Part shown: positions 1 through 8,894 of the stretch, one piece after another
Layout: each line of letters starts with the position of its first letter
Position numbering within the stretch: the stretch's first letter is position 1
Notes under the pieces: model-generated
Database searches by the model: none
What the model was told of the DNA's origin: nothing
Seen by the model: the letters and a program-made list of their open reading frames with translations, nothing else
Program-made: the position numbers and the translations under genes
NCBI GenBank assembly: GCA_030024085.1
Contig: JASEJE010000012.1
Location: forward strand, 5,092-69,091
Direction of reading: 5' to 3'
DNA length: 64,000 nt
Source: Bacillota bacterium
Lineage (GTDB): Bacteria; Bacillota; SHA-98; UBA4971

Positions 1-485
1 CGGTCTGCGCTCGCGCCGACCTGCGTGATGGCGCCCTTGTACCCGTACCCTCGGACCTTCTCGAGCCAGTATTTCTCATACTCCCGGCTGCGGGTCATCA
101 CGAGGTAAATCGATGCCGCCTCAACGGAAATCGTGGTGGCGCCCTCGTCCTCCGCCATCCCCTTGACTATGTCTCTCGGGGATACGACCCCCACAAGCAT
201 GCCCTCCCCGTCCAGAACGGCCAGGGCCGGCGCATTGGAGTCGTTCAGAAGGGAGCATGCCTCGGACACGGTGCACTCGTCAGATACCTTGATGAGCCTC
301 GTGTCCATCACGTCGCGGGCAACCAGAGCATCCCTGGCCGGAGTAAGGAGATCCCTGTCCGATATGATGCCAATCGCCTGGCCGGCCTCGGTTACGAGGA
401 GAAGGTTGGTGCCACTGTTCAGCATGATCCTCCGGAGTTCCCCGGTGGGCGTGCCAGGCTCGACCGTCACCAGGTTCGAATCCAT
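1..485 (-). CDS. CBS-domain protein, truncated by the window edge (absent from the ORF track because no stop is reached)
   Basis: Manual minus-strand translation from ATG 485-483: MDSNLVTVEPGTPTGELRRIMLNSGTNLLLVTEAGQAIGIISDRDLL...VMDTRLIKVSDECTVSEACSLLNDSNAPALAVLDGEGMLVGVVSPRDIV. This gives two CBS-like repeats. The frame stays open to position 1 and begins 8 nt after the ispDF stop. Confidence 0.7.
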   Translation of the reverse strand, partial: MDSNLVTVEPGTPTGELRRIMLNSGTNLLLVTEAGQAIGIISDRDLLTPARDALVARDVMDTRLIKVSDECTVSEACSLLNDSNAPALAVLDGEGMLVGVVSPRDIVKGMAEDEGATTISVEAASIYLVMTRSREYEKYWLEKVRGYGYKGAITQVGASAD

Positions 486-492
486 TATCCGT

Positions 493-1830
493 CTAACTGT
501 CACCTACTCTACCTCCCAAGCTGCTCGTTTCGTGTCTGGGTTGTTCCTGCGTATATCGGACGCTGCACGAGGCATAGCAGGCCATTCCCTCGCCCCGCCC
601 GACGAACCCCATTCCCTCCATGGTAGTAGCCTTTATGCTGACGTCCTCCACTGCCACGCCCAGAACGCGGGCCACCGTTGCCCGCATCGCCGGCACGTAC
701 CCTGCTATCCTGGGACGCTCGGCGAGAAGCATTGCGTCCACGTTGTTGACGACAAACCCGGCCGCGCCGGCGCTGTCCCGGACCTTCCCGAGGATGATCA
801 TGCTGGATATGCCCGCAAGCGCCGGGTCCGTGTCCGGGAAGAGGTGCCCGATGTCGCCGAGCCCGCAGGCACCCAGAATCGCGTCGGCGATAGCGTGGAC
901 GATGACGTCGGCATCGGAGTGGCCATCAAGCCCCAGGTCGAACGGGACCACGACCCCGCCCAGAACGAGAGGCCTCCCCGGGACGAGCCTGTGCACATCA
1001 ATACCCACGCCAACTCTGACTCCGGGCGCAGACCCCGGCGCCTGTCTCGCCATGAAGGGCGCCCCTTCCCCCTTCGGTCCAGTCTCGTCCCTTGCCCCGA
1101 GGAGCGCCTCGGCGATTAGCAGGTCCTCCGGGGTCGTGACCTTGATATTATCGTATTCCCCGTGGACCACTTTGACTCTCACGCCTGTCCTTTCCACCAG
1201 CATGGAGTCGTCGGTCGCGTGGACCCCGTCACGGACACCGACCGCGTAAGCGCTCTCGATGATCTCCCTGCGAAATGCCTGAGGGGTGGCGGCTGCCCAC
1301 AGCGCGCTGCGGTCAAGCGTGCTCACTATTTCGTCGCCGCGCACCACCTTCATCGTGTCCCTGGCGGGCACAGCCACGACCGCGCCTCCGGACGCCCGCG
1401 CAGCTTCCACAGCCCGCGAGATCGTGCGCGGGCGAATCAAAGGCCGCGCGCCATCGTGGACCACCACGATCTCGCACGCGGCGTCGAGATGCCCGAGTCC
1501 GTGTGAGACCGATTCCTGTCGCGTGGCGCCGCCGGCCACGACATGCCTCACCCTGGAGACCTCGGCCCAATCCCCGATGAGGCGCCTTGTCGGCTCTACC
1601 TCGTCCGGCGCAACGATGACAACGACATCATCCACGCAGTCGCATGTCTCGAACGCACGAAGGGTGTGACGCAACACCGGCTCGCCGTAGAGGGGCAGAA
1701 ACACCTTGTTGATGTTCGCCCCCATCCGCTGCCCGGCCCCCGCCGCGGCTATCAAAGCGCACACGCTCACGCGCCCACACCCCTCATCATCCTCGCCATC
1801 CTCGCGCAGGGCAGACAGCCAAACGGGCAA
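493..1830 (-). CDS. ispDF: Bifunctional IspD/IspF (MEP cytidylyltransferase / MEcPP synthase), in-frame fusion
   Basis: The N-terminal half has IspD-like LIAAAGAGQRMG and VVVHDGARP. The C-terminal half has IspF-like VGIDVHRL, GHSDADV and HAIADA. No stop separates the halves. The true start may be a few codons downstream. Confidence 0.92.
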   Translation of the reverse strand: MPVWLSALREDGEDDEGCGRVSVCALIAAAGAGQRMGANINKVFLPLYGEPVLRHTLRAFETCDCVDDVVVIVAPDEVEPTRRLIGDWAEVSRVRHVVAGGATRQESVSHGLGHLDAACEIVVVHDGARPLIRPRTISRAVEAARASGGAVVAVPARDTMKVVRGDEIVSTLDRSALWAAATPQAFRREIIESAYAVGVRDGVHATDDSMLVERTGVRVKVVHGEYDNIKVTTPEDLLIAEALLGARDETGPKGEGAPFMARQAPGSAPGVRVGVGIDVHRLVPGRPLVLGGVVVPFDLGLDGHSDADVIVHAIADAILGACGLGDIGHLFPDTDPALAGISSMIILGKVRDSAGAAGFVVNNVDAMLLAERPRIAGYVPAMRATVARVLGVAVEDVSIKATTMEGMGFVGRGEGMACYASCSVRYTQEQPRHETSSLGGRVGDS

Positions 1831-1850
1831 CCGGCGGCTGTTCCCGTGGC

Positions 1851-2960
1851 TCAGATGGCCTTCGGCCTTGCGAATATCATCCTGCCGGCGGCGGTCTGGA
1901 GCACGCTCGTGACCATCACCCCGACCTCTTCACCAATGTAGCGCCTGCCCCCGTCAATGACGATCATGGTGCCATCGTCGAGGTACCCCACACCCTGGCC
2001 CACCTCTTTGCCGTCGCGGATGACGTGGACCGTCATCTCCTCGCCGGGCAGCACCACGGGCTTCAGGGCATTGGCAAGCTCGTTGATGTTCAGCACTTTG
2101 ACGCCTCGCAGCTCCGCGACCTTGTTGAGATTGAAGTCGTTGGTGAATATCTTCGCGCCGAGCTCCGCGGCAAGCTTCAGGAGTTTGGAGTCGACCTCGA
2201 GGCCCTCGCCGGGATCCGCGTCAACTATCTGGATCTGGACGCCTTCCTGCTTCTGCATGCTGTTGAGAACGTCAAGCCCCCTGCGCCCCCTGTTGCGCTT
2301 GAGCGGATCCGACGAATCCGCTATCCGCTGGAGCTCCTCCAGGACGAAAGCCGGGACGATGAGAGTCCCTTCTATGAAGCCGCTCTTGCATATGTCCAGT
2401 ATTCGTCCGTCGATTATGACGCTGGTGTCCAGCAGCTTACAGGTAGGGGCACCCTGATGCTTCGGACATCTTTCCCGGGATGTGGTCACGGCCCGCTCGA
2501 CGGAGCGCGGGACGGCCATGAACAGGTTGAGGAGATCCTCCCTCTTCCTGACGGCAACATGCATCCCGAGGTAACCCATGAAAAGCGTGAACCCTATCGG
2601 AAGATACACTCCTATGTACGGCAACTGCGAGAACGGCAGCGTCACAAGGACAGCAATGAGAAGGCCGACTATGGCGCCGAACGCACCGACCACGAGATCC
2701 TGGGTGGGCGTCTTGTGGAGATTCGATTCCACCTTGGACGTGACCCGTCGAAGCCCCTGGGTGACCACAGGGGCGATGAGGAGTCCGACCAGCCCGCCGC
2801 CCGATGCCAGGAGGACGAATACGGCAGTATCATTGCTGGTTCCCAGGGCTGCGGGAGCCACTCCCACGACCATCCTGTGGACGAACACCCCGAGAAGAGA
2901 CCCACCCACAAGGAAGATCAGGCGGATTAACTTGTCAAGCACGAGGGTTCTCACCTCCAT
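1851..2960 (-). CDS. yacL: PIN/TRAM-domain membrane protein (YacL-like)
   Basis: N-terminal TM helices, a PIN-like [13 protein letters not shown], and a C-terminal TRAM-like [30 protein letters not shown]. Its position between carD and ispD is conserved in Bacillota. The ORF is open to 3062; I chose the internal ATG at 2960 ([10 protein letters not shown]). Confidence 0.85.
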   Translation of the reverse strand: MEVRTLVLDKLIRLIFLVGGSLLGVFVHRMVVGVAPAALGTSNDTAVFVLLASGGGLVGLLIAPVVTQGLRRVTSKVESNLHKTPTQDLVVGAFGAIVGLLIAVLVTLPFSQLPYIGVYLPIGFTLFMGYLGMHVAVRKREDLLNLFMAVPRSVERAVTTSRERCPKHQGAPTCKLLDTSVIIDGRILDICKSGFIEGTLIVPAFVLEELQRIADSSDPLKRNRGRRGLDVLNSMQKQEGVQIQIVDADPGEGLEVDSKLLKLAAELGAKIFTNDFNLNKVAELRGVKVLNINELANALKPVVLPGEEMTVHVIRDGKEVGQGVGYLDDGTMIVIDGGRRYIGEEVGVMVTSVLQTAAGRMIFARPKAI

Positions 2961-3182
2961 TCCGCTTGAAACAGTTGATCGCCCCCTGGGGTTCCGGGGG
3001 CGCAACCGGTTCTGAGACGTTTCGTGTTGGCTCTCGCGGTTATTATGGGAATTGCGCGCCATCGATATCCATGCCTCTCTGTAGAGAGATCCTCTTCCGG
3101 TTCCGGGCCATGCCCGGTGTCAACCTGCCTTAACTTTGAAACGCACTTACAGGTGTACAGGTTCCCCTGCACCCTCGCTTTA

Positions 3183-3680
3183 CTACTGGAGGACCTCCTC
3201 GATGGCCCTCTCCACCTCGGTCTCCTCGGCTTCCTGGGCGACCACGAGCTCACTTATGAGGATCTGCTTCGCATTGTCGAGCATGCGCCTCTCCCCTGTG
3301 GACAGGCCCTTCTCCCTGTCGCGGTAAGCCAGGTTTCTGACGACCTCGGCCACGGCGAACACGTCACCGCTCTTCATCTTCTCCAGATTCGCACGGTACC
3401 TGCGGTTCCAGTTGGATGACATTTTCGTCCTCGCCCCGGCCAGTATCTCGTACACCTTCTTGACGTCTTCCTCGCTAATCACGCTTCTCAAGCCGATGTC
3501 GCGCGCGCTGTTCAGGGGGACCATAACTTTCATGTCACCCAGGGGTATCCGCAGGATGTAATACTTCTGCCTTTCGCCGAGGACCTCCCTCTCTTCAACG
3601 GCCTCTATCACGCCAGCCCCATGCATGGGGTAGACTACTTTGTCCCCGACATTGAACACGGCCAAGTTCCCCCCAATCAC
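3183..3680 (-). CDS. carD: CarD-family (CdnL) RNA-polymerase-binding transcription regulator
   Basis: VGDKVVYPMHGAGVIEAVEEREVLGE..YYILR matches the CarD/TRCF RNAP-interaction domain. Length is 165 aa. Confidence 0.92.
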   Translation of the reverse strand: MIGGNLAVFNVGDKVVYPMHGAGVIEAVEEREVLGERQKYYILRIPLGDMKVMVPLNSARDIGLRSVISEEDVKKVYEILAGARTKMSSNWNRRYRANLEKMKSGDVFAVAEVVRNLAYRDREKGLSTGERRMLDNAKQILISELVVAQEAEETEVERAIEEVLQ

Positions 3681-3990
3681 ACGTCGCCGCCCCGCCCCGA
3701 CCCAGCCCGGCCGGTCCAGCGTATCGCGGCGGCACGACCCGGGTTCCTACTCCGCCGGACCTCAAAAGAAAGGCGGCTTTTCGTCTTCGCGTGTCGGCAT
3801 CACGCGCACCGCCTGCCGCAGGCCCGCCCGGGGTTCATGGTATCTGAGATGGGGATAACGACAGAATCTGAGGCACTTCTTACCTGTTAATTCTAACATG
3901 CGCGCCGTCGGAGTGTCAATTCTCTGACATAGGCTTCCACTCATGGGACATACTGCTAGCACCCCCGGGAGTTCCGTCGCCCTTGCCACA

Positions 3991-4020
3991 TTGACAACCT
4001 GCGAAACGCGTCGGTATAAT
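3991..4020 (+). promoter_or_regulatory. Near-consensus sigma-A promoter (TTGACA, 18-bp spacer, TATAAT)
   Basis: TTGACA at 3991-3996 and TATAAT at 4015-4020. It lies ~50 nt upstream of the GTG start at 4073. A GTGGCC/GGCCAC hairpin sits in the short leader. Confidence 0.6.
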
Positions 4021-4072
4021 GAAGGCGTGGCCGCACGGGCCACGGCGCCTTGCGTGAGACTTATGGAGCGAG

Positions 4073-4477
4073 GTGACGCGCGTGGAGCACGTTGACGTTC
4101 CGTCTTTCCAGGAAGCGGTCTCAGAATACCTGATCAGGCACAGGAGTATTCTCGACTGCATCTCCAAGTTCGACGAGGCGACCGCGCGGGTCAATCGTGC
4201 AATCATCAAGGCCGTCACGACTTGCGGCTGCGTGAAGATCTCCGCTTCTCGCCAGACATACCCACCCGATGCGTCCCTTGCCGATCTCAAGAAATACACC
4301 GTATCCCATCTCGACGGCACACTATGCCCCGAATGCCGTGAAGTGGTTGAGACCGAGCTCGGCCAGGCGCTTTTCTATGTCGCCGCCCTATGCGATCTCC
4401 TGCACCTCGACATGGAACAGATCATGGAGGTAGAGCGCAGGAGACTATCGACCCTCGGGATATTCAGCCTTACCTGA
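4073..4477 (+). CDS. Small Cys-rich protein with a MazG-like C-terminal helix pair (function unknown)
   Basis: 134-aa ORF with a GTG start after a GGAGCGAGG RBS. It carries CGC and CPEC cysteine pairs. The C-terminal ELGQALFYVAALCDLLHLDMEQIM resembles the MazG E.GD.LFY...L.ID helix (from memory). Confidence 0.6.
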   Translation: MTRVEHVDVPSFQEAVSEYLIRHRSILDCISKFDEATARVNRAIIKAVTTCGCVKISASRQTYPPDASLADLKKYTVSHLDGTLCPECREVVETELGQALFYVAALCDLLHLDMEQIMEVERRRLSTLGIFSLT

Positions 4478-4502
4478 ACCTTATCCCAACGCTGTTCGAG
4501 TT

Positions 4503-5597
4503 TCAGCCGCCTCGCGCCAGTCCGTCCGGTAGCGCCTGATCGCGCAAACGCTCGAGGCCATGCCTTATCGTTTGTGCGCGGGCCGCGCCGATTCCATCTA
4601 CCTGGTCGAGGTCATCGGTTGACGCGTCGAGTATTCCCTGCAGGCTCTTGAACCTCGCAACAAGGTTGTCGGCAACCGATCTCGGCAGCCTCCCGATCCG
4701 GGAGAGAATCCGGTAGCCCCGGGGTGAGACGGGACTGTCGAGAGAGGCCGTGCCCCCGGAGTAGCCCAGGACCCGCGCGATGGCGCCGGGCTCGAGGATG
4801 TCGTCCTGAGGCGACGTGTAGAGGTCGCGTCTTGCAGCATCGACGGACCGCCCATCCGGCTTCGCGATGTAGTCTTCTATCAGAAGATCGCCCTCGTCTT
4901 CGATGTTCACCATGAGTTCGGCAAGTTGCATGCGAACGAGGCGACCCTCGCTGCCAAGCTCGCAGATGTACTTCTCGATCTCCCTTGCGACACGGCGCAC
5001 CATCGTTGTGCGGAGCACTGCCGCGGCGACGTCGGCGATCGTCACCATGTTCTCGAACTCCAGCGCGCTGAGGCTCGCCATGGCCTGATCGCGCACGCTG
5101 CGGTATTTCTCGAGCGTTTGCAGGGCCTGGTTGGCCCGGGCCAGGGTTACGCTGATCTCCGGAATGACGTACCTGATGCCGCCCCTGTACAGCGTTATGA
5201 CGTTCCTCTTTTGCGAGATGGCGATCACAAGCTCTCCCGTCTGCCTCGCCACCCTGTCAGCGGTCTTGTGGCGCGTCCCGGTCTCGCCCGACGAAATGGT
5301 TGGGTCGGGGACGAGCAGGGCGTTTGCTAAGAGGATCCTTCGTGCGTCCTCGCTCAGCAGGATTGCGCCGTCCATCTTCGACAGCTCGTACAGACGCGCG
5401 GGGGTAATCTCGCAGTCGAGGCGAAACCCGCCGTCCACGATCCCCATGACCTCCGGGGAGCCTCCTATCACGATAAGGGCACCGGTCCTGGCGCTGATTA
5501 TGCTGTCCAGCCCCTCGCGCAGCACGGTGCCGGGCGCGACCGTCCTGAGCATCCGAAGGAGCGTGTCCTCCGAAGGTTTCCCGTCCGTAACAGGCAC
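4503..5597 (-). CDS. disA: DNA integrity scanning protein DisA (diadenylate cyclase)
   Basis: DAC-domain motifs TGALIVIG, DGGF, MDGAILL and ETGTRHKTADRVARQTGELVIAISQKRNVITLY, plus a C-terminal HhH (VDGIGAARAQTI). I chose the GTG start at 5597, 4 nt after the radA stop; the ORF is open to 5666. Confidence 0.93.
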   Translation of the reverse strand: MPVTDGKPSEDTLLRMLRTVAPGTVLREGLDSIISARTGALIVIGGSPEVMGIVDGGFRLDCEITPARLYELSKMDGAILLSEDARRILLANALLVPDPTISSGETGTRHKTADRVARQTGELVIAISQKRNVITLYRGGIRYVIPEISVTLARANQALQTLEKYRSVRDQAMASLSALEFENMVTIADVAAAVLRTTMVRRVAREIEKYICELGSEGRLVRMQLAELMVNIEDEGDLLIEDYIAKPDGRSVDAARRDLYTSPQDDILEPGAIARVLGYSGGTASLDSPVSPRGYRILSRIGRLPRSVADNLVARFKSLQGILDASTDDLDQVDGIGAARAQTIRHGLERLRDQALPDGLARGG

Positions 5598-5601
5598 CAG
5601 G

Positions 5602-6963
5602 CTACCCCCCCAGCGCGATCTCCAGGGCCTCGCCGACCGTCGCGACGCCTTGCACGGCGAGGCCATCTTGAGCCTTCATGGCCCTGGCATTGGATATCGG
5701 CACTATGCACCGCCCGAAACCCAGCTTCGCTGCCTCGGCCACGCGCACATCAACGCGGCTGGCCGCCCGCACCTCGCCCGAGAGCCCTACCTCTCCGATT
5801 ATCACCGTCTTCGGGTCACAGACGGTATTCCTGAAACTCGAGGCTATCGCGCATGCGATGGCGAGATCGGAGGCACGCTCGTCGAGCCGCGCCCCGCCCG
5901 CCACGCTCACATAGACGTCATACGTGGAAAGCAGGAGGCCGGCGCGCTTCTCGAGCACTGCCAGGATGATGGCCACGCGGCTCGTGTCCACTCCCGTGGT
6001 GGTGCGCCTCGGCGTGCCGAACGGCGCGGAGCACACCAGAGCCTCGATTTCCGCAAGGATTGGCCTCGACCCCTCCATGCTCGCTGTGATGGCGAGGCCG
6101 CTTACCTCGCGCACCCGACCCGAGAGGAAGAGTTCGGACGGATTCCTCACCTCTACAAGCCCTGAATCGCTCATCTCGAACACGCCGATCTCGTTCGTCG
6201 AGCCGAACCTGTTCTTCACCGCCCTCAGGATCCTGAAGCTGTGGTGCCGCTCGCCCTCGAAGTAGAGGACCGTGTCGACCACGTGCTCCAGGACCCGGGG
6301 ACCGGCGAGCACCCCGGTCTTCGTCACATGCCCCACGAGGAAGATGGGCACCTGCGCCTCCTTGGCCTTTCGGAGGAGACGCCCCGCGCACTCCCTGACC
6401 TGGGACACGCTCCCAGGCGCTGACTCGAGTTCGCGGGTGTACACGGTCTGTATCGAGTCCACCACCACGAGGCCGGGGCGGACGTCGTCGATGTGCTGCT
6501 CGATCCTGTCCATGTCGACTTCGGCGACGACGAGAAGCCCCGGCGAGCGCACATCGAGACGCTCTGCCCTGAGCTTTATCTGCCTTGCGGACTCCTCGCC
6601 CGAAACGTAGAGCACCGAGAGGCCGGCACTCACGGCGTTCGAAACCTGAAGGAGCAACGTGGACTTGCCTATGCCGGGGTCGCCCCCCACGAGGACGACG
6701 GAGCCCGGCACTATCCCGCCGCCCAGGACCCGGTCGAGCTCGGGCGAACCGCTGGAGAAACGATACTCCGACGTGGACTCGATCTCGGTGATGGGCACAG
6801 GCACGCTCGCGGCAACCCCTCCTCCTGACGAGGCGGCGACAGGTTTCGCCACGACCTCCTCCGCAAGGGACGCCCACGCCCCGCACCCCGGGCACTTCCC
6901 GAGCCACCTCGGGGTCTCGTACCCACACTCCTGGCACACATATCGCGTCCTCGGTTTCGCCAT
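5602..6963 (-). CDS. radA: DNA repair protein RadA/Sms
   Basis: Zinc ribbon CQECGYETPRWLGKCPGCGAW, Walker A GGDPGIGKST, a KNRFG motif, and a Lon-like C-terminus. The start is placed at MAKPRTRYVC. Confidence 0.95.
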   Translation of the reverse strand: MAKPRTRYVCQECGYETPRWLGKCPGCGAWASLAEEVVAKPVAASSGGGVAASVPVPITEIESTSEYRFSSGSPELDRVLGGGIVPGSVVLVGGDPGIGKSTLLLQVSNAVSAGLSVLYVSGEESARQIKLRAERLDVRSPGLLVVAEVDMDRIEQHIDDVRPGLVVVDSIQTVYTRELESAPGSVSQVRECAGRLLRKAKEAQVPIFLVGHVTKTGVLAGPRVLEHVVDTVLYFEGERHHSFRILRAVKNRFGSTNEIGVFEMSDSGLVEVRNPSELFLSGRVREVSGLAITASMEGSRPILAEIEALVCSAPFGTPRRTTTGVDTSRVAIILAVLEKRAGLLLSTYDVYVSVAGGARLDERASDLAIACAIASSFRNTVCDPKTVIIGEVGLSGEVRAASRVDVRVAEAAKLGFGRCIVPISNARAMKAQDGLAVQGVATVGEALEIALGG

Positions 6964-7014
6964 GTCACACGCTCCCTTGCGAGCAAGGTTCAAGTTCGAG
7001 CCCTGGGCTCGCTT

Positions 7015-8061
7015 TCAGCCTGCGCAGATGGCCGTCGTGAAGTCCGCCGGGGTGACACCCGGCGAGTCGATACTGAAGTCCTCGTAAAACCGGCCTATGG
7101 CCTGTTCGACCTCCGCCGCCTCGCGCCTCACCCCAGCGAGGGCTTCCTCGAGGCTGCCAAGCATCTCCCTCGGGTAGAACGTGAAATCCCCGGAAAGAGA
7201 TATATCCCGTATGGTCCCGTTCGAGACCGCGCACGTCACGGTAATGAGCCCGCCGGGAGCCTTGTAATTCTGCTCCAGCACCGAGACACCCTCTGCGATC
7301 TTGACGTAATCCTCGCGGGCCTTGCCCTTCTTGAAGAGGAACTCATCTCGCATGAACTCCTTTTCCAACTCGCGAGATGCCTCGAGGACGTCAGCCCCGA
7401 GGGGCACCTCCTCGAGCGGGCCGACCCTCGCGGCGAAATGCTTTGCGAGCAGGTCCTCCACCTCCCTACGTGGCGGGATCTTCCCGGTTTCGCGGAGGGT
7501 GGTCGTGAGGTTTTCCTCGAGGGACTTATGGACCTTGTCCCGGAACTTCTCGCTCGGCACCTTGAGGATGCTCGCCATAGACCTGTAGTCGAAGTCCAGG
7601 ATTATGTTTCCCACAAATACCATGCATTCTCCAATGTCGGCCCCGCCGAGCCCCGACACCTTGCGGCCGTCCCGCGTGATCACATCGTTCACCGGGCGGA
7701 AGGCGGCGTCGACGCCGAGATCCCGGTAGGTATCCACGCAGGGACCGGCCACGAGCTCATAGAGCGCCGCGATCTTCCTGGGGAATGCGGGATTGTCCCG
7801 CCTCATCACGAGCTGGAAGAAGATCTGGTTTTCGTCGAGGAATGTCGTGCCGCCGCCGATCTCCCGGCGCATCACCGAGATGCCGTGCGCCCGACAGTAG
7901 TCGAGGTCAGCCACTTTGCGGGTGTCCTGGAAGTACCCGATGCTGACTATGGGCCGGGCGGGCGATACGAGTATGACCCCCTCCCGTCCCATCCTGGCAA
8001 GAGCGTGGAAAATGACCATTGATTGCTGCCCCGGAATCTTCCCCAACCGGTACAAGTACAT
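7015..8061 (-). CDS. lplA: Lipoate-protein ligase (LplA family)
   Basis: Biotin/lipoate A/B ligase features RREIGGGTTFLDENQIFF and GRKVSGLGG. Length is 348 aa. Confidence 0.85.
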   Translation of the reverse strand: MYLYRLGKIPGQQSMVIFHALARMGREGVILVSPARPIVSIGYFQDTRKVADLDYCRAHGISVMRREIGGGTTFLDENQIFFQLVMRRDNPAFPRKIAALYELVAGPCVDTYRDLGVDAAFRPVNDVITRDGRKVSGLGGADIGECMVFVGNIILDFDYRSMASILKVPSEKFRDKVHKSLEENLTTTLRETGKIPPRREVEDLLAKHFAARVGPLEEVPLGADVLEASRELEKEFMRDEFLFKKGKAREDYVKIAEGVSVLEQNYKAPGGLITVTCAVSNGTIRDISLSGDFTFYPREMLGSLEEALAGVRREAAEVEQAIGRFYEDFSIDSPGVTPADFTTAICAG

Positions 8062-8079
8062 CGTCGGACTCCTCCCCCC

Positions 8080-8277
8080 TAAGTGCGGGTTCAGAAATCA
8101 CCGCCACTTCTCCATGGGTCGCCGGTGTTGCACTCCGGAGACGGCGCGCTTGCGGCGGGCCGTTTGCCGCGGGCCGCGTCGGATTCGGCATTCAGGCTTG
8201 CCGAATCGAGAGCGCGTCGTCGTGCAAGGGCCGGTCCCTGACTTGCCCCCGGAATCAGGGGCGATTTGCCAACCAGA
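8080..8277. repeat. Palindromic intergenic element, copy A (type 2)
   Basis: Starts TAAGTGCGGGTTCAGAAATCACCGCC and shares the core GCCGGTG.TGCACTCCGG...GGCGCGCTTGCGGCG...CGTCGTGCAAG with the copy at 33781. The two ends are imperfect inverted repeats. It fills the gap between the DUF1893-like gene stop and the lplA start. Confidence 0.75.
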
Positions 8278-8811
8278 TCATTTCCTTGATTCGAAGAACG
8301 TTCGCAAGGCGGCAACGACCTCGGCGGGCGAGCCCAGGCCATCGGTCATCTTTTCGAACGGGCACCTGTCGGTGCCGTCGCGGTTCAGGATGGCGGAGGT
8401 CGTCGCCTCGGCGACCACGGGGATCCTCGCCGACCGAAGCTCCAGGAGGGCGCCCTCTGAGGCAAGCGGCGTGTACACGGCGCCCGCATCGCAGTAGATG
8501 CATAGCATCGCAGATGCCCTCCCCACAACCCGGTCCCCGACGACCGCCCCTTCCAGGCCTTTCCCGGCGCCGAGCACAGCATGAAGCAGGGGACGCACCC
8601 CGCGCTCGCGCGAGCTTGCAACGACCTTACCATCTTTCACTGCAACGAGGCCGAGATCGCCGTTGCGAAGTAAGCTGCGTGCAAGCTGGATATCTCCCTC
8701 GATCCTACAGCGACGCGTTGTACAGCTCAATGTGGAAGCACTCCTGCCAAAGCGAAAGTTCGCGAGGAAACGGATACGCGATTGCCGCCCCCCACGAACC
8801 AATTCTACCAT
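8278..8811 (-). CDS. DUF1893 (TM1506-like) domain protein
   Basis: LARSLL..LGLVAVKDGKVVASSRERGVRPLL...VVGRASAMLCIY...PVVAEATTSAILNRDGTDRCPFE resembles the DUF1893 family as I remember it. The true start is probably downstream of 8811. Confidence 0.6.
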   Translation of the reverse strand: MVELVRGGRQSRIRFLANFRFGRSASTLSCTTRRCRIEGDIQLARSLLRNGDLGLVAVKDGKVVASSRERGVRPLLHAVLGAGKGLEGAVVGDRVVGRASAMLCIYCDAGAVYTPLASEGALLELRSARIPVVAEATTSAILNRDGTDRCPFEKMTDGLGSPAEVVAALRTFFESRK

Positions 8812-8894
8812 ACCTGCAGCATCCCTGAGGATACCCGAGGAATGCTTTTAAGGATCGCCGCAACACCGGTAAACCCGCGCCTTGACGCGGGCAG

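Noticed and set aside
133-1119. 328-aa plus-strand ORF at the window start.
   Set aside because: It overlaps the CBS-domain gene and ispDF on the opposite strand. It has a Ser/Arg/Pro-rich composition and no recognisable motif.
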